Assembly: GCA_015233675.1 (NCBI GenBank)
Contig: JADFXH010000010.1
Location: 7,284 to 71,283 of the forward strand
Reading direction: 5' to 3'
From: Candidatus Omnitrophota bacterium
Lineage (GTDB): Bacteria; Omnitrophota; Gorgyraeia; Zapsychrales; Fredricksoniimonadaceae
Length of the DNA: 64,000 nucleotides
Shown: positions 46,074-57,400 of the stretch, in pieces
How the letters are laid out: each line of letters starts with the position of its first letter
Position numbering within the stretch: the stretch's first letter is position 1
The notes under the pieces: generated by a model
Databases searched by the model: none
What the model saw: only the letters and a program-made list of their open reading frames with translations
Told to the model about the DNA's origin: nothing
Program-made: the position numbers and the translations under genes

Positions 46074-46981
46074 AGGCCCACCAGGTAACTCTCCTTAAAG
46101 CCGTTAGCGCCGATAAAATCCTCATCCTGTCCAACCCTTTGAATATGTTCCACCCGACGGCCTTTCAGTCCGTGAGCCAAAAAACTCTCAAGATCTGCGT
46201 GGGTGATCTCACTATAATTAGTAGTGACCAGCAATCTTCCCCCGGGTTTTAAAACCGTAACCGCCGAAGCTATTATTTGGGGCAAGTCGCGTTTGACCTG
46301 AAACACCTTTGTCCCATAACGGGCAAAAGACGGAGGATCCAGGATGATCATGTCAAAATCATTGCCCTTTTTAAAAGCCCTCTGCAAAAATGAAATCGAG
46401 TCTGCCTTCACAAACTCCCCCTCACCGACGGTTAAAGCATTTAGCTTATAATTCTTTTCCCCGCGCTCTAGGGACTTCCGGCTGATGTCTGTGTTAATGA
46501 CCTCCCCCGCTCCATGCGCACGCGCATAAACACCGAAAGAACAGGTGTACGCGAAACAATTCAGCACTTTTTTGCCCCTGCAAGCTTGTGCGACCAGCCG
46601 TCGATTTTGTCTCATATCTAAAAATAAACCGCAATTAAGGCCGTCATTTAGATCGACTTCAAATTTATTGCCGTGTTCTGTGACAAATGTTTTAGGGTCG
46701 CTTCCTATAAATATTCGTCCCGTCACATCAAGTCCCCGGCGGGTTTTTACGATCAAGAAATCGATAGGGCAGGTCCTTGTCAAAATGCCGCAAATCGCAT
46801 CTAAATGCTTGTGCCAATCTTCTTTGAGGACCTGTATATGAATATATTTATCAAATCGGTCAATCAAGAGGCCGTCTGCACCATCACCCTTGCCATTGAC
46901 TAAACGCATGGCATTAGTTATTGTTGATAATTTATCCCTCTGGCGAATGGCCCGGATCAATAGAGCTTGTAAAGAGTTCAT
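46055..46981 (-). CDS. class I SAM-dependent RNA methyltransferase (RlmI-like)
   Basis: VLNCFAYTCSFGVYA...VINTDIS...FDMIILDPPSF. Confidence 0.75.
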   Translation of the reverse strand: MNSLQALLIRAIRQRDKLSTITNAMRLVNGKGDGADGLLIDRFDKYIHIQVLKEDWHKHLDAICGILTRTCPIDFLIVKTRRGLDVTGRIFIGSDPKTFVTEHGNKFEVDLNDGLNCGLFLDMRQNRRLVAQACRGKKVLNCFAYTCSFGVYARAHGAGEVINTDISRKSLERGEKNYKLNALTVGEGEFVKADSISFLQRAFKKGNDFDMIILDPPSFARYGTKVFQVKRDLPQIIASAVTVLKPGGRLLVTTNYSEITHADLESFLAHGLKGRRVEHIQRVGQDEDFIGANGFKESYLVGLWVKFL

Positions 46982-48489
46982 GGCAGACTTTTAAAAATTG
47001 CTTCTATAGATCGTCGGCAGTCCCCTGTAGGGCAATCCAGATACGACAGCCCAAGCCTTCGTTCAATGATATCTTCCGGAGTTTGGGCCATCTCCACTTC
47101 ACGCGCGTAAATGACTTGGGCCCCAATAGCCGGCGAACAGGAGCATATTTTTTGTTTAAGGTTGCTGTTGCCTCGAGTGATATTAAGCACATCTTCAAAG
47201 CGGCTGCCATAGATGCTCTGCAAATATTTTATCAGGTCCAAGGGCACTTCAAATCGCTGGCTTAGGATCTTTAACTCTTCATTACTGCCCCCGCTGCCGT
47301 AAAGAACATATTGTCGGCTATAAGGCAATTTAGATGCCAAGTGGGGCAATGCTTTTATAATGGCATCTTCGGCGATAGCGCGATACGTGGTGTATTTGCC
47401 TCCCATGACATAATAAATCCCCGAAGAGCTGCTCTCGACGACATGTTTACGGGAAATTCTCGAGGGATCTCCTTTGTCAGCGACCAAAGGCCTTAGCCCG
47501 GCGAAAGTAGAAATTATTTTTGAACGGTCAAAATCAATATTAGGGAAAACCCTGCCGGCTTCCTGTAATAAATACTGAATATCTGCTTCGTCAACCCGTA
47601 CATGATCGGGACTTTCATGATAATCAGTGTCAGTTGTGCCTATCAGAGAATTGCCTTTAAAAGGGATGACGAAAAAAACACGTTTATCCTGACGGCTTTG
47701 TAATAAAAAAGCACTGGAGGAAATTTCTCCTCTATACACAATATGAACACCCTTGGTCGGCCGCAGGCGGTCAACAGGATGCGGCAGGTCTTTTTGGATC
47801 AATTCATCTGCCCAAGGGCCTGCTGTCACAATTAACTTAGAACCAAAAACATCCATTTGCTGTCCGCTTAATGAATTTCGGACCTTAACGCCAATTGTAC
47901 GTTGATTATTGTCTTTGATAAAATTCTCAACCTCCAAATAATTTACTGTGACAGCCCCTCTGTTGTAGGCCATCAGCACATTTTCCAAACAAAGCCTAGC
48001 ATCATCCATTTGCGCGTCAGTATATCCCACTCCTCCAATAAGTCCATCCAGGTTGATACCGGGAGCCAGCGCGCTTATTTCGCTGACTTGCAAAAAACGA
48101 TGCTGTCCCATTCGATATTTACCGCTTAATAGATCATAAAGCCAAACGCCTAATTTCATCATCCATAAGGGCCTTGTATCATTTTTATAAACCGGGATCA
48201 CAAATGGCAAAGGCTTGACCAAATAAGGCACTGATTGCCACTGGATAAATCTTTCCCTAAGAGACTCATGGACCAGGTCGAACTCAAAATTCTCAAGATA
48301 ACGGATCCCTCCATGGAGAAGTTTGGTGGATTTGCTGGAAGTGCCTTGGGCAAAATCTCCTTTTTCCAGCAAAGCAACAGTAGCCCCGCATGCCGCGGCC
48401 AAATTAGCAATGGCCGCCCCATTAATTCCGCCGCCGACAACAATCAAATCAAATTTACTTTTGGTAAGACGAGAAATATCGCGTATCAT
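46978..48489 (-). CDS. glpD: FAD-dependent glycerol-3-phosphate dehydrogenase
   Basis: FDLIVVGGGINGAAIA...TSSKSTKLLHGGIRYL. It lies adjacent to glpK. Confidence 0.85.
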   Translation of the reverse strand: MIRDISRLTKSKFDLIVVGGGINGAAIANLAAACGATVALLEKGDFAQGTSSKSTKLLHGGIRYLENFEFDLVHESLRERFIQWQSVPYLVKPLPFVIPVYKNDTRPLWMMKLGVWLYDLLSGKYRMGQHRFLQVSEISALAPGINLDGLIGGVGYTDAQMDDARLCLENVLMAYNRGAVTVNYLEVENFIKDNNQRTIGVKVRNSLSGQQMDVFGSKLIVTAGPWADELIQKDLPHPVDRLRPTKGVHIVYRGEISSSAFLLQSRQDKRVFFVIPFKGNSLIGTTDTDYHESPDHVRVDEADIQYLLQEAGRVFPNIDFDRSKIISTFAGLRPLVADKGDPSRISRKHVVESSSSGIYYVMGGKYTTYRAIAEDAIIKALPHLASKLPYSRQYVLYGSGGSNEELKILSQRFEVPLDLIKYLQSIYGSRFEDVLNITRGNSNLKQKICSCSPAIGAQVIYAREVEMAQTPEDIIERRLGLSYLDCPTGDCRRSIEAIFKSLP

Positions 48490-48532
48490 CTAATACCCTC
48501 TTCACTTAAACTTCCCTGCGGCAGGCATTTAA

Positions 48533-50014
48533 TTAACGTGCCAGCGTTTGCCGGACCGCATGACACCAGCCGCTATATTTAATCTCGGATTCCACTCGTG
48601 ACATGCGTGGCTTGAAAACTCGTTCTATCTTTTTGATCTTACACACATCTTTGGGGTCCCACAAACCTATCGAAACCCCTGCCAAATAAGCCGCTCCTGC
48701 GACGGTTGAATCAACCATCAAAGGCCTGACAATTGGAATGTTTAAGATATCAGCCTGGAACTTCATAAGAAAATCATTCCTGCAAGCTCCGCCGTCTACA
48801 GCCAAAGATTTAATCTTAAGCCCTGATTCTTTGCTCATCAAGTCAAAAACATCCTTGGTCTGATAAGCCATGGATTCCAAGGCAGCACGCACGATATGCC
48901 GCGCGCTTGTTCCCCGAGTCAAACCTGTTATCGAGCCCCGCGCATCCGCATCCCAATATGGGGCCCCTAATCCAACAAAAGCCGGCACCAGATACACTCC
49001 GTTCGTATCCTTAATACTTGCTATCATCTCTTCACTCGAGAAAGAATCCTTGATCAGCCTTAATTCATCCCGAAGCCATTGTATAACAGCCCCTGCGATA
49101 AACACGGCCCCCTCCAACACGTACACCGTTTTTCCCCGGGCATCGCAACCCAAGGTAGTTAACAGGCCATTCTTAGAATATACGCATTTACTGCCCGTAT
49201 TAAGCAGCATAAAGCATCCGGTGCCATAGGTGTTCTTGATACTGCCTGGAATAAAACATCCCTGCCCGTATAAAGCCGCTTGTTGGTCCCCCATAACGGC
49301 CGCGATAGGAATGCCCCCTGGAAGGCCGGCGGCGCCTTGAGCGGTATACCCAAACACCGATGATGATGGCAGCACCGTAGGTAAAATATTCTTGGGAATA
49401 TTTAATAATTTTAATAAAGGGGAACTCCATTTTTTGGACTTAATGTCAAAAATCAGTGTACGGCTGGCGTTGGTCATATCTGTGGCGTGCGTGGCGCCAT
49501 CGGTCAATTTATAAATAAGCCAGCTGTCGATGGTGCCAAAAGCAGCCTCGGAATTAACCGCTTTTTGTCTCAGCCCCTTGACATTATCCAGGAGCCATTG
49601 AATTTTTGTGCCGGAAAAATACGCGTCAACGACCAATCCCGTTGTCTGTCGAAACATTCTCTCATGCTTTTTAAGCTGGGCGCAAAGCTCTGCTGTACGC
49701 CGGCATTGCCAGACAATAGCATGATAAAAAGGTTTAGCTGTCTTGCGGTCCCAAATAACAGTAGTCTCACGCTGATTAGTAATACCGATGGCCGCAATGG
49801 TCTTTGGATCAATACGGGACTCTGTCAGCGCCTTTCGAATAACAGCATCAACGCTATTCCAAATTTCTTGGGCATCATGCTCAACCCAGCCGGGCTTAGG
49901 ATAATATTGCTTGAACTCCTGATAGGCACAGGATACCACACGGCCTTGAGCGTCAAAAATAAACGCCCTCGATCCCGTAGTTCCCTGATCTATGGAAAGT
50001 ATATGCTTTTTCAT
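48533..50014 (-). CDS. glpK: glycerol kinase
   Basis: MKKHILSIDQGTTGSRAFIFD...GITNQRETTVIWD...GDQQAALYGQ. The start is set at the internal Met; the ORF track extends to 50080. Confidence 0.93.
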   Translation of the reverse strand: MKKHILSIDQGTTGSRAFIFDAQGRVVSCAYQEFKQYYPKPGWVEHDAQEIWNSVDAVIRKALTESRIDPKTIAAIGITNQRETTVIWDRKTAKPFYHAIVWQCRRTAELCAQLKKHERMFRQTTGLVVDAYFSGTKIQWLLDNVKGLRQKAVNSEAAFGTIDSWLIYKLTDGATHATDMTNASRTLIFDIKSKKWSSPLLKLLNIPKNILPTVLPSSSVFGYTAQGAAGLPGGIPIAAVMGDQQAALYGQGCFIPGSIKNTYGTGCFMLLNTGSKCVYSKNGLLTTLGCDARGKTVYVLEGAVFIAGAVIQWLRDELRLIKDSFSSEEMIASIKDTNGVYLVPAFVGLGAPYWDADARGSITGLTRGTSARHIVRAALESMAYQTKDVFDLMSKESGLKIKSLAVDGGACRNDFLMKFQADILNIPIVRPLMVDSTVAGAAYLAGVSIGLWDPKDVCKIKKIERVFKPRMSRVESEIKYSGWCHAVRQTLAR

Positions 50015-50033
50015 AAACTTGCCCGGATGATGC

Positions 50034-50780
50034 TCACTTTTGGCCGAATCGTTTTTTGTTTTGCTCAAATCCGGCTTCACCTAAAACTTTCCTAGCTAAG
50101 TCATCTTTGTTCATCCCGTTATCAAAGTCATAATCCACAATGGCCAGTATTTGCAGTAATTCCCCAAAAGGCCTCTGAAGCATCTGCGGATTTGCCTCAG
50201 CCATTTGGTCTATCATCTGCGCATAGTGCAAAGGGGGAGCATTGATTTTAACTCCCTGCTTGTGAAAACGATCAATGTATTCGGATATGGTCAAAAGTTT
50301 GGCCTGATCGTCGATCAATAACGTCCAGACAGCCGATTTGTTATCCAGCTTTTTCCATACTTCGGAAAGATCAACAACATCTTTGATGCTCGAAGAACCC
50401 GCCGGCAACATACCTGGTCCTGGAGTTTCTTTTTGGGCCTGACTAGCCGCCGGATTATTACCGGCCGGATGAGTTTCGCTTGATACCGACGGATTATGAG
50501 CTTTAAGAATAGCCTCGGCAATGGCCTGATTACGCTCATCAACCTCCTGTTGATACGTCTTCTTCACCGGGCCTTGAGGCTGGCCGCCCCCCTGGCGCTG
50601 CTGATATTCCTGATATTGCTCTTGTGTCATCTGAGGGCGCTGCTTCTGGGCTTTCATCTGCTGTACGCGCATTATAATGCCGGCGGCATAAGAAATATCT
50701 GCTTCTAGAAATAAAAATCCGATAAAAAAAATAAAAACAGGCCGTTTAATGACTGCCTTTAAAGAAATTCTTCGTTGCAA
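50034..50780 (-). CDS. hypothetical secreted Gln-rich protein
   Basis: N-terminal hydrophobic segment and a Q-rich low-complexity region. No motif was recognised. Confidence 0.45.
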   Translation of the reverse strand: MQRRISLKAVIKRPVFIFFIGFLFLEADISYAAGIIMRVQQMKAQKQRPQMTQEQYQEYQQRQGGGQPQGPVKKTYQQEVDERNQAIAEAILKAHNPSVSSETHPAGNNPAASQAQKETPGPGMLPAGSSSIKDVVDLSEVWKKLDNKSAVWTLLIDDQAKLLTISEYIDRFHKQGVKINAPPLHYAQMIDQMAEANPQMLQRPFGELLQILAIVDYDFDNGMNKDDLARKVLGEAGFEQNKKRFGQK

Positions 50781-50840
50781 AAAGAGCTCCCTTATATTTT
50801 TCTATTGTTGCATCCCCTTGAGGATAAGTCAAATGGCCAT

Positions 50841-50865
50841 GTCATTCCGGCGAAAGCCGGAATCT
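50841..50865 (+). repeat. REP-like hairpin, copy 3 (GTCATTCCGGCGAAAGCCGGAATCT)
   Basis: Perfect 8-bp stem ATTCCGGC/GCCGGAAT with a GAAA loop. It ends 7 nt from the lnt stop. Confidence 0.8.
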
Positions 50866-50872
50866 TAGCTAT

Positions 50873-52225
50873 CTAAGGATTATTGATCATTATATCAAAA
50901 ATCCCACTGCCTTCGCGGCCTAATTTAAGATTTCCGTCCGTATGGATAACTCCGCTGGGATCAACAGCGAAACTAAATCCAGTGTTAGCGGCACGTATAA
51001 CCCACATTCGATTTTCAACAGCCCGCATGATCGCTGCCTGCGCATGAAGCATATAAGAAGAATTTTCTGTAAACCATCCGTCATTGGAGATTTCCACTAA
51101 AAATTTGGCCCCTGCCTCACGCAGATTGTTCACGATGGAAGGATACGCGGATTCGGAGCAAATCACAACCCCGAAAAGCAAATCCCCGCGGCTTAATTTA
51201 AATATACCCGGTATATTTCCGGCACTAAAATGATAGCCCCTTCCCCAACCAAGTCCCCATTTCTCTAAGGGGGTTGTCTCCGCAAAAGGCACCAGGGCTT
51301 GCTTATGATACAATCCCCCCGCTTGTCCCCTGGAGTCAATCAACAACGCGCTATTATATTCCTTCCCATCAATAATGGGGGCCATCCCGACTAGCATGTC
51401 CGCGTTGATGTGCGTGGCCTCTTGAAAAATAAGCGGACGCCATCGAGAGCTTTGCATAAGATCGTCGGGATATGCGGTTTCAGGCCAAATGACCAAATCC
51501 GGGTGATTTCGCTTAAAAGACTGCTCTGTAAGGCTCAAATGAAGCCTGACATTACGGTCAAAAAGATTTAAATCCGTTTTTTCTAAAGGAGAAATATTTG
51601 CCTGAATAACACTGATACGTAGGGTCCTGACCGTTTGTATGGCTGGTCCCTTTATACAAAATCCGGCCAATATGACGCTCAAAAGAATGATGCCCGCGGC
51701 TAGTATAAAACCAAACCTCTTCTTTTTATATACAATGGCTGAATAAAAAAGAACGTTGACTAAAAAAATAATAAAACTCATGCCCAAACACCCAAAAAAT
51801 CCATATAGCTTTAACATCAACGGACAAAAGGCTTGGGCATGACTGATATAAAAACTAAACCCTCCCAATAAACTATTCCGTACAAGCTCGCTGATACACC
51901 AAGCAAAGGGAAAATATAGGATATCTATTAAATATTTTCCTGTAGATCTAAAAAAACAAGAGAAGACCACGGCCTGAAGGCTTAAACTACCGATAAAGGC
52001 TAAAAAACCCGCCATAGAAACCCTGGCCACCCCTTGCGCCATCAGTCCGTAAGCAAATAGGCCAAAAAATATTCCGAATCCTAATCGTTTCCTCAAGGGC
52101 TGATTCTCAAGAGCCACTAACAGCGGCACGGCAAAAAACCAAATGCAGATCCAGAAACCGTACATGGAAATGAAATTTGGGAAAGATAAATAAAAAAGAA
52201 CTGCAGATAAAAAAGTAAGCAGCAT
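50873..52225 (-). CDS. lnt: apolipoprotein N-acyltransferase
   Basis: Multi-TM N-terminal half plus a C-terminal nitrilase/CN-hydrolase domain (VIWPETA...VVICSES). Confidence 0.85.
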   Translation of the reverse strand: MLLTFLSAVLFYLSFPNFISMYGFWICIWFFAVPLLVALENQPLRKRLGFGIFFGLFAYGLMAQGVARVSMAGFLAFIGSLSLQAVVFSCFFRSTGKYLIDILYFPFAWCISELVRNSLLGGFSFYISHAQAFCPLMLKLYGFFGCLGMSFIIFLVNVLFYSAIVYKKKRFGFILAAGIILLSVILAGFCIKGPAIQTVRTLRISVIQANISPLEKTDLNLFDRNVRLHLSLTEQSFKRNHPDLVIWPETAYPDDLMQSSRWRPLIFQEATHINADMLVGMAPIIDGKEYNSALLIDSRGQAGGLYHKQALVPFAETTPLEKWGLGWGRGYHFSAGNIPGIFKLSRGDLLFGVVICSESAYPSIVNNLREAGAKFLVEISNDGWFTENSSYMLHAQAAIMRAVENRMWVIRAANTGFSFAVDPSGVIHTDGNLKLGREGSGIFDIMINNP

Positions 52226-52294
52226 GTGTCAATGCACGCATTCAGACGAATCTACACTGCAGATTAGTGTAGCGGGTCACAAATCTTGCCGCTT

Positions 52295-52825
52295 CTAATC
52301 GTTACTCGGCGGCGTTGGGGCAGCGCCCTGTTTTTTCACCGGCACAAATTGGTCGTCAGGGATACCAATAAGTTCGTGGAGCAACGCGGCTGATCTAAGC
52401 ATATTATCTCTGTCCTGCTGGGCCTGAAAAACCTCAACACTATGACGGGCAGCCAAAACCGCCGGCAGTTTCTTGCCCATCATTTTGTTGGCAATGCTCA
52501 ACATATAATAAACAGTCCCATTATCGGGAAATGCCTTAGCGGCACCGTCAAGAAAATCCGCAGCATGGTCATACTCCTGGACCTTCAAGAGAATTTGGCC
52601 TAAAAGCAAATACGCTTCCGGTTCGGAAGGGTTGACCTTAATGGATGTTTCAAGGTCCATGATCGTAGACTTTAAATCTTTGTTTTGCAAATCATTCAAA
52701 CTTTTCATAATTAATTTACGTCCGACATCTTTGCGTTGGTCTACATTTGGCTGTTGCTGATTTTCTTGTTTTTGACAACCTGCCAAGGTTAAAACTGCGA
52801 TTAAAATAACCAGGAACTTTTTCAT
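52295..52825 (-). CDS. TPR-repeat lipoprotein
   Basis: Lipobox LTLAGC. TPR-like repeats (AYLLLGQILLKVQEYDHAADFLDGA...). Confidence 0.7.
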   Translation of the reverse strand: MKKFLVILIAVLTLAGCQKQENQQQPNVDQRKDVGRKLIMKSLNDLQNKDLKSTIMDLETSIKVNPSEPEAYLLLGQILLKVQEYDHAADFLDGAAKAFPDNGTVYYMLSIANKMMGKKLPAVLAARHSVEVFQAQQDRDNMLRSAALLHELIGIPDDQFVPVKKQGAAPTPPSND

Positions 52826-52881
52826 GCTAGCTCTCTTTCTAAACGGGTCCCCACCGCCTTAGGTCTTTAGGACCGCAGGGA

Positions 52882-54372
52882 CTATGTTTTTTGACTGACC
52901 TTCGACGTTAAATAGTTATGCACTCCTTTAGCTGCCGTGCGTCCTTCATATATCGCCCACACCACCAACGACTGTCCTCGCGTCATATCTCCGGCAGTAA
53001 ATACCCCTGGCACCGATGTCATTTTGTTCGCATCAGCGCATACATTCCCCCGGGGATCCAAAGCAACTCCTAATTGTTCCAACATCCCTTTTTTGACGGG
53101 CCCCGTAAATCCCATTGCCAAAAGCAATAAATCACAATCCATTTCAAATTCTGACCCGGCAATCTCGCTCATCTTCATTTGCCCACTGGCAGTATCTTTG
53201 TTCCATTGCAGGCGCACCGCGTGTAATTTTTTTAACCGGCCGTTTTCACCGCTTAAACGTTTAGTCAAGACACTGTAATCGCGGCCGCATCCTTCTTCAT
53301 GAGAGCTGGAGGTCCGTAAAATAAACGCCCAGTTTGGCCAGGGGTTATCTGCAGGGCGACTCAGTGGAGGCTTAGGCATCAATTCGATTTGATTCACGCT
53401 TAAAGCCCCCTGGCGTATGGCTGTACCCACGCAGTCCGAGCCGGTATCTCCTCCGCCTAATACGATCACACGCTTGCCCAAAGCGGTAACTTCACCCAAA
53501 GAAGATGGCTTAACCTGCAATATATTTTCAGCATATTTAGCCATAAATGTCCCTGTAGGATACTTATTATTGCGCAAATTCTGCTGTGGCAAATAATACA
53601 TTGCCTGATAAACGCCTTCTAACTCACGCCCCGGTACGGGCAGTTCACGCGGGAGCTCTGCTCCGCCGCATAAAACAATGGCATCATACTTGTCCCGTAA
53701 GTCTTGGGAGCTGATATTCACGCCGACATGAGCGTTGGTTTTAAAAATAACCCCCTCTTCGTGCATGCGATCCAGCCGGCGGGAAACCACCCATTTCTCC
53801 AGTTTAAAATCAGGTATCCCCAGGGCCAAAAGCCCGCCCAAGGTCTCATTTTTTTCATAAACCGTAACCTTATGGCCATTTTTATTAAGCTCATCCGCGC
53901 AAGCTAATCCTGCGGGGCCGGAACCGATGACGGCAACCTTCATGCCACTATGATGTTTGGGTTTATTAGGCTTGACCCATCCTTTGTCGTAGGCGTTTTC
54001 AATAATGGCAAGTTCAATGTTTTTAATAGTCACCGCAGGAGTGTTAATGCCAAGTACACAGGCATTTTCGCAAGGAGCAGGACAGATGCGCCCGGTAAAT
54101 TCCGGAAAATTATTAGTCTTATGCAGACGCTCGATGGCTTCCTGCCAACGGTCACGGTAAACTAAATCGTTCCAGTCCGGGATGATATTGCCTATAGGAC
54201 AGCCTGACTGGCAAAACGGCACCCCGCAATCCATACAGCGGGCACCCTGATTCCTCAATTCCTTTTCAGAAGGAAGATGCGTGAATTCTTTAAAATGCTT
54301 AATCCGGCTGGACTGATCATCTTTCTTGTAGTCCTGCCGGCCAAATTTCATGAAGCCTCTAATCTCACCCAT
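52882..54372 (-). CDS. gltD: glutamate synthase small (NADPH) subunit
   Basis: CMDCGVPFCQSGCP, and KVAVIGSGPAGLACA. It lies downstream of gltB. Confidence 0.9.
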   Translation of the reverse strand: MGEIRGFMKFGRQDYKKDDQSSRIKHFKEFTHLPSEKELRNQGARCMDCGVPFCQSGCPIGNIIPDWNDLVYRDRWQEAIERLHKTNNFPEFTGRICPAPCENACVLGINTPAVTIKNIELAIIENAYDKGWVKPNKPKHHSGMKVAVIGSGPAGLACADELNKNGHKVTVYEKNETLGGLLALGIPDFKLEKWVVSRRLDRMHEEGVIFKTNAHVGVNISSQDLRDKYDAIVLCGGAELPRELPVPGRELEGVYQAMYYLPQQNLRNNKYPTGTFMAKYAENILQVKPSSLGEVTALGKRVIVLGGGDTGSDCVGTAIRQGALSVNQIELMPKPPLSRPADNPWPNWAFILRTSSSHEEGCGRDYSVLTKRLSGENGRLKKLHAVRLQWNKDTASGQMKMSEIAGSEFEMDCDLLLLAMGFTGPVKKGMLEQLGVALDPRGNVCADANKMTSVPGVFTAGDMTRGQSLVVWAIYEGRTAAKGVHNYLTSKVSQKT

Positions 54373-54422
54373 TTATATAATCCCTGTCCCTTGGCTTAAT
54401 ATGCCTAACCTTCTTGCAAAGC

Positions 54423-57400
54423 TCAACGAGTATTACTATGTAAATTATTTGTATTCTTGATTAATTCTGCTTCTTCTAAAACCCTTCGATAATCCCGGGG
54501 ATAAACTTTTATAAATTGACCCGAAATTTCCTGCCAATTCTTTAAAATGCCCTGGGCTACGGTTGATTGGGTATACTTATAATGTTTTTCAATCAACTCC
54601 TTTAGTTCCAACATATCTTTTTGTTCTTTGACAGGAAAAAGGTCCACCATGCCGGGATTACAATCCTTCTGAAATCGTCCTTCACGGTCCCACACATAGG
54701 CAATGCCGCCGGACATCCCTGCCGCGAAATTACGGCCCGTGGGGCCGATGACCACAACCCTTCCGCCGGTCATGTACTCGCACCCGTGGTCCCCGACTCC
54801 TTCAACCACCGCCGATGCTCCTGAATTGCGTACCGCGAAACGTTCACCGGCGAGCCCCCGGAAAAACGCCTCACCCATGATAGCCCCATATAAAACCACG
54901 TTTCCCACAATCATGTTCTGCTCTGGGACATACTGTGCCAAGCGCGGAGGAAAAACTACCAACCGGCCGCCTGAAAGTCCTTTGCCTACATAATCATTGG
55001 CTTCCCCTTCAAGAGTAAGGCTGATCCCATGCGCCAGAAAAGCGCCAAAACTCTGTCCTGCCGAACCGTTGAATTTAATTTGAATAGTGTCATCCGGCAA
55101 TCCTGCCAATCCGTATTTACGCGCAACTAAACTTGAAAGCATCGTGCCTGTGGTGCGGTTAATATTACGGATGCTTGATTCAATTTTCACCACTTTTTGC
55201 TGATCAATAGCTTGTTGGCTCTGGGCAATCAAGGTATTGTCCAAAGCCTTCTCAAGACCGTGCTCCTGAGTACTGCTGTGATGTATACTTACCCCCTTAG
55301 GGACATCAGGGCGATGCAATATATTAGTCAAATCGATATTCATGGCTTTCCAGTGATCAATGGTGTCCCGGGTATCCAGCATGTCAACACGGCCGACCAT
55401 ATCTTCAAATTTTCTTATTCCCAGCTCGGCCATAATCTGCCGGACTTCCTCAGCGATAAAGGTGAAGAAATTAACCACATATTCCGGCTTTCCGCTAAAC
55501 CTCTTACGAAGCTCAGGGTCCTGGGTAGCGACTCCAACGGAACAGGTGTTTAAATGGCATTTACGCAGCATTACGCAGCCCATCGTAATCAAGGCAGTGG
55601 TGGAAAACCCGAATTCATCAGCACCTAGCATCGCGGCTATGGCCACATCCCGTCCCGTCTTTAATTGCCCATCGGTCTGTATACGTATGCGCCCGCGCAG
55701 ATCATTCATCACTAAAACCTGCTGGGTTTCGGCTATGCCCAGTTCCATAGGAAGCCCTGCGTGCTTGATGGACGTTTGCGGAGAAGCGCCCGTCCCACCC
55801 TCAAAACCGGAAATCAACACATGGTCCGCTTTTCCTTTGGCAACACCGGCGGCCACAGTACCTACTCCAATTTCAGAAACCAGCTTAACGGAAATCATGG
55901 CCTGAGGATTGGCGTTTTTCAAATCATGGATCAATTGGGCCAAATCTTCAATTGAGTAAATGTCATGGTGAGGCGGCGGCGAAATCAAAAGAACACCGGG
56001 CGTTGTATGGCGGGTATATGCGATTTCCTTAGATACCTTATGCCCGGGAAGCTGTCCGCCCTCACCGGGCTTAGCACCCTGGGCCATTTTAATCTGGAGC
56101 TGGTCCGCATTAACCAAATATTCAATCGTAACACCGAAACGGCCCTGGGCCACCTGCTTGATGCGGCTGCGCCGCCAATCGCCGTTGGGATCTTTTTTAA
56201 AACGTTCGGCATCCTCGCCGCCCTCGCCGGTATTTGAAAACCCCCCTAAGCGGTTCATGGCGATAGCCATGGTCTCATGAGCTTCCCGTGATATAGAACC
56301 ATAACTCATGGCTCCGGTGGCAAAACGTTTGACAATCGAGGATGCAGGCTCGACTTCTTCAATAGGGATCGGGTGACCTGTTTTAAATTTTAAAAGTCCC
56401 CGGATATTGGCAATTTGCCGGCTGTTTTCGTTAACCGCTTTGGAGTATTGTTTAAAAACCTGAAAATTGCCCGAGCGTGTCGCGTGCTGCAAAAGGGCAA
56501 TCGTTGTCGGATTTAATTGATGGTATTCCGCTTCTTTACGCCAGTAATATACGCCTCCCTCATCTAACATGCTATCCGTCGCTGTCCAGCGGGGATATCC
56601 CTTCTCGTGGCGCATCAAAGCTTCTTGGGCCACCGTATCAATGTTGATCCCGCCAATGCGTGAGGGCGTCGCGGTAAAATATTTATCTATTAATTCCTGC
56701 CCTAATCCCACAGCTTCAAAAATTTGCGCCCCGCAATACGATTGAATAGTAGAAATTCCCATTTTAGAAATGATTTTATACAAGCCTTTATGGCAGGCCT
56801 TTAAAAAATTCTTTTCGGCTTCGTTGAAAGACATGGTCAACTCAAATTTTGCGTCCATGGTCATCGCTTCAATCGTCTCAAATGCAAGATAAGGATTAAC
56901 CGCATTAGCGCCATATCCAATCAGAACCGCAAAGTGATGCAATTCCCTTGCCTCGCCGGTTTCAACCACAAGACTGACCTTTGTCCGGGTTCCCTTGCGT
57001 ATCAAATGATGATGCAGTCCGGAGCAGGCCAGTAACGATGGGATAGGAGCCTTTTGGGCAGACATGTCCCTGTCTGAAAGAATAAAAATACTATAACCTT
57101 CTGTGATAGCACGGTCCGCCTTGGCGCACAAAGCTTCAAAAGCTTTCTCAAGCCCTGCGGCGCCGTCTTTTTTATCAAACACCGCAGGCAGGGTTATCGC
57201 TTTTAAAGACCCCTGATGGATCCGGCTGATTTTTTCTAATTCTTCATTAGTCAATACCGGGTGCTGAATCCATAAACGATGACAATGCTGGGGGCCTTCC
57301 TCAAGCAAATTACTTTCAGGGCCTAACATCATGTCCTCAGCCATGATGATCTCCTCACGGATAGCATCGATGGGAGGATTTGTCACTTGGGCAAATAATT

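Noticed and set aside
52238-52272. CATTCAGACGAATCT, considered as a degenerate REP copy, next to the hairpin CTACACT-GCAGATT-AGTGTAG in the spacer upstream of lnt.
   Set aside because: The similarity to the REP family is limited to the CATTC...GAATCT ends and is too short to call. The hairpin is small and unremarkable.
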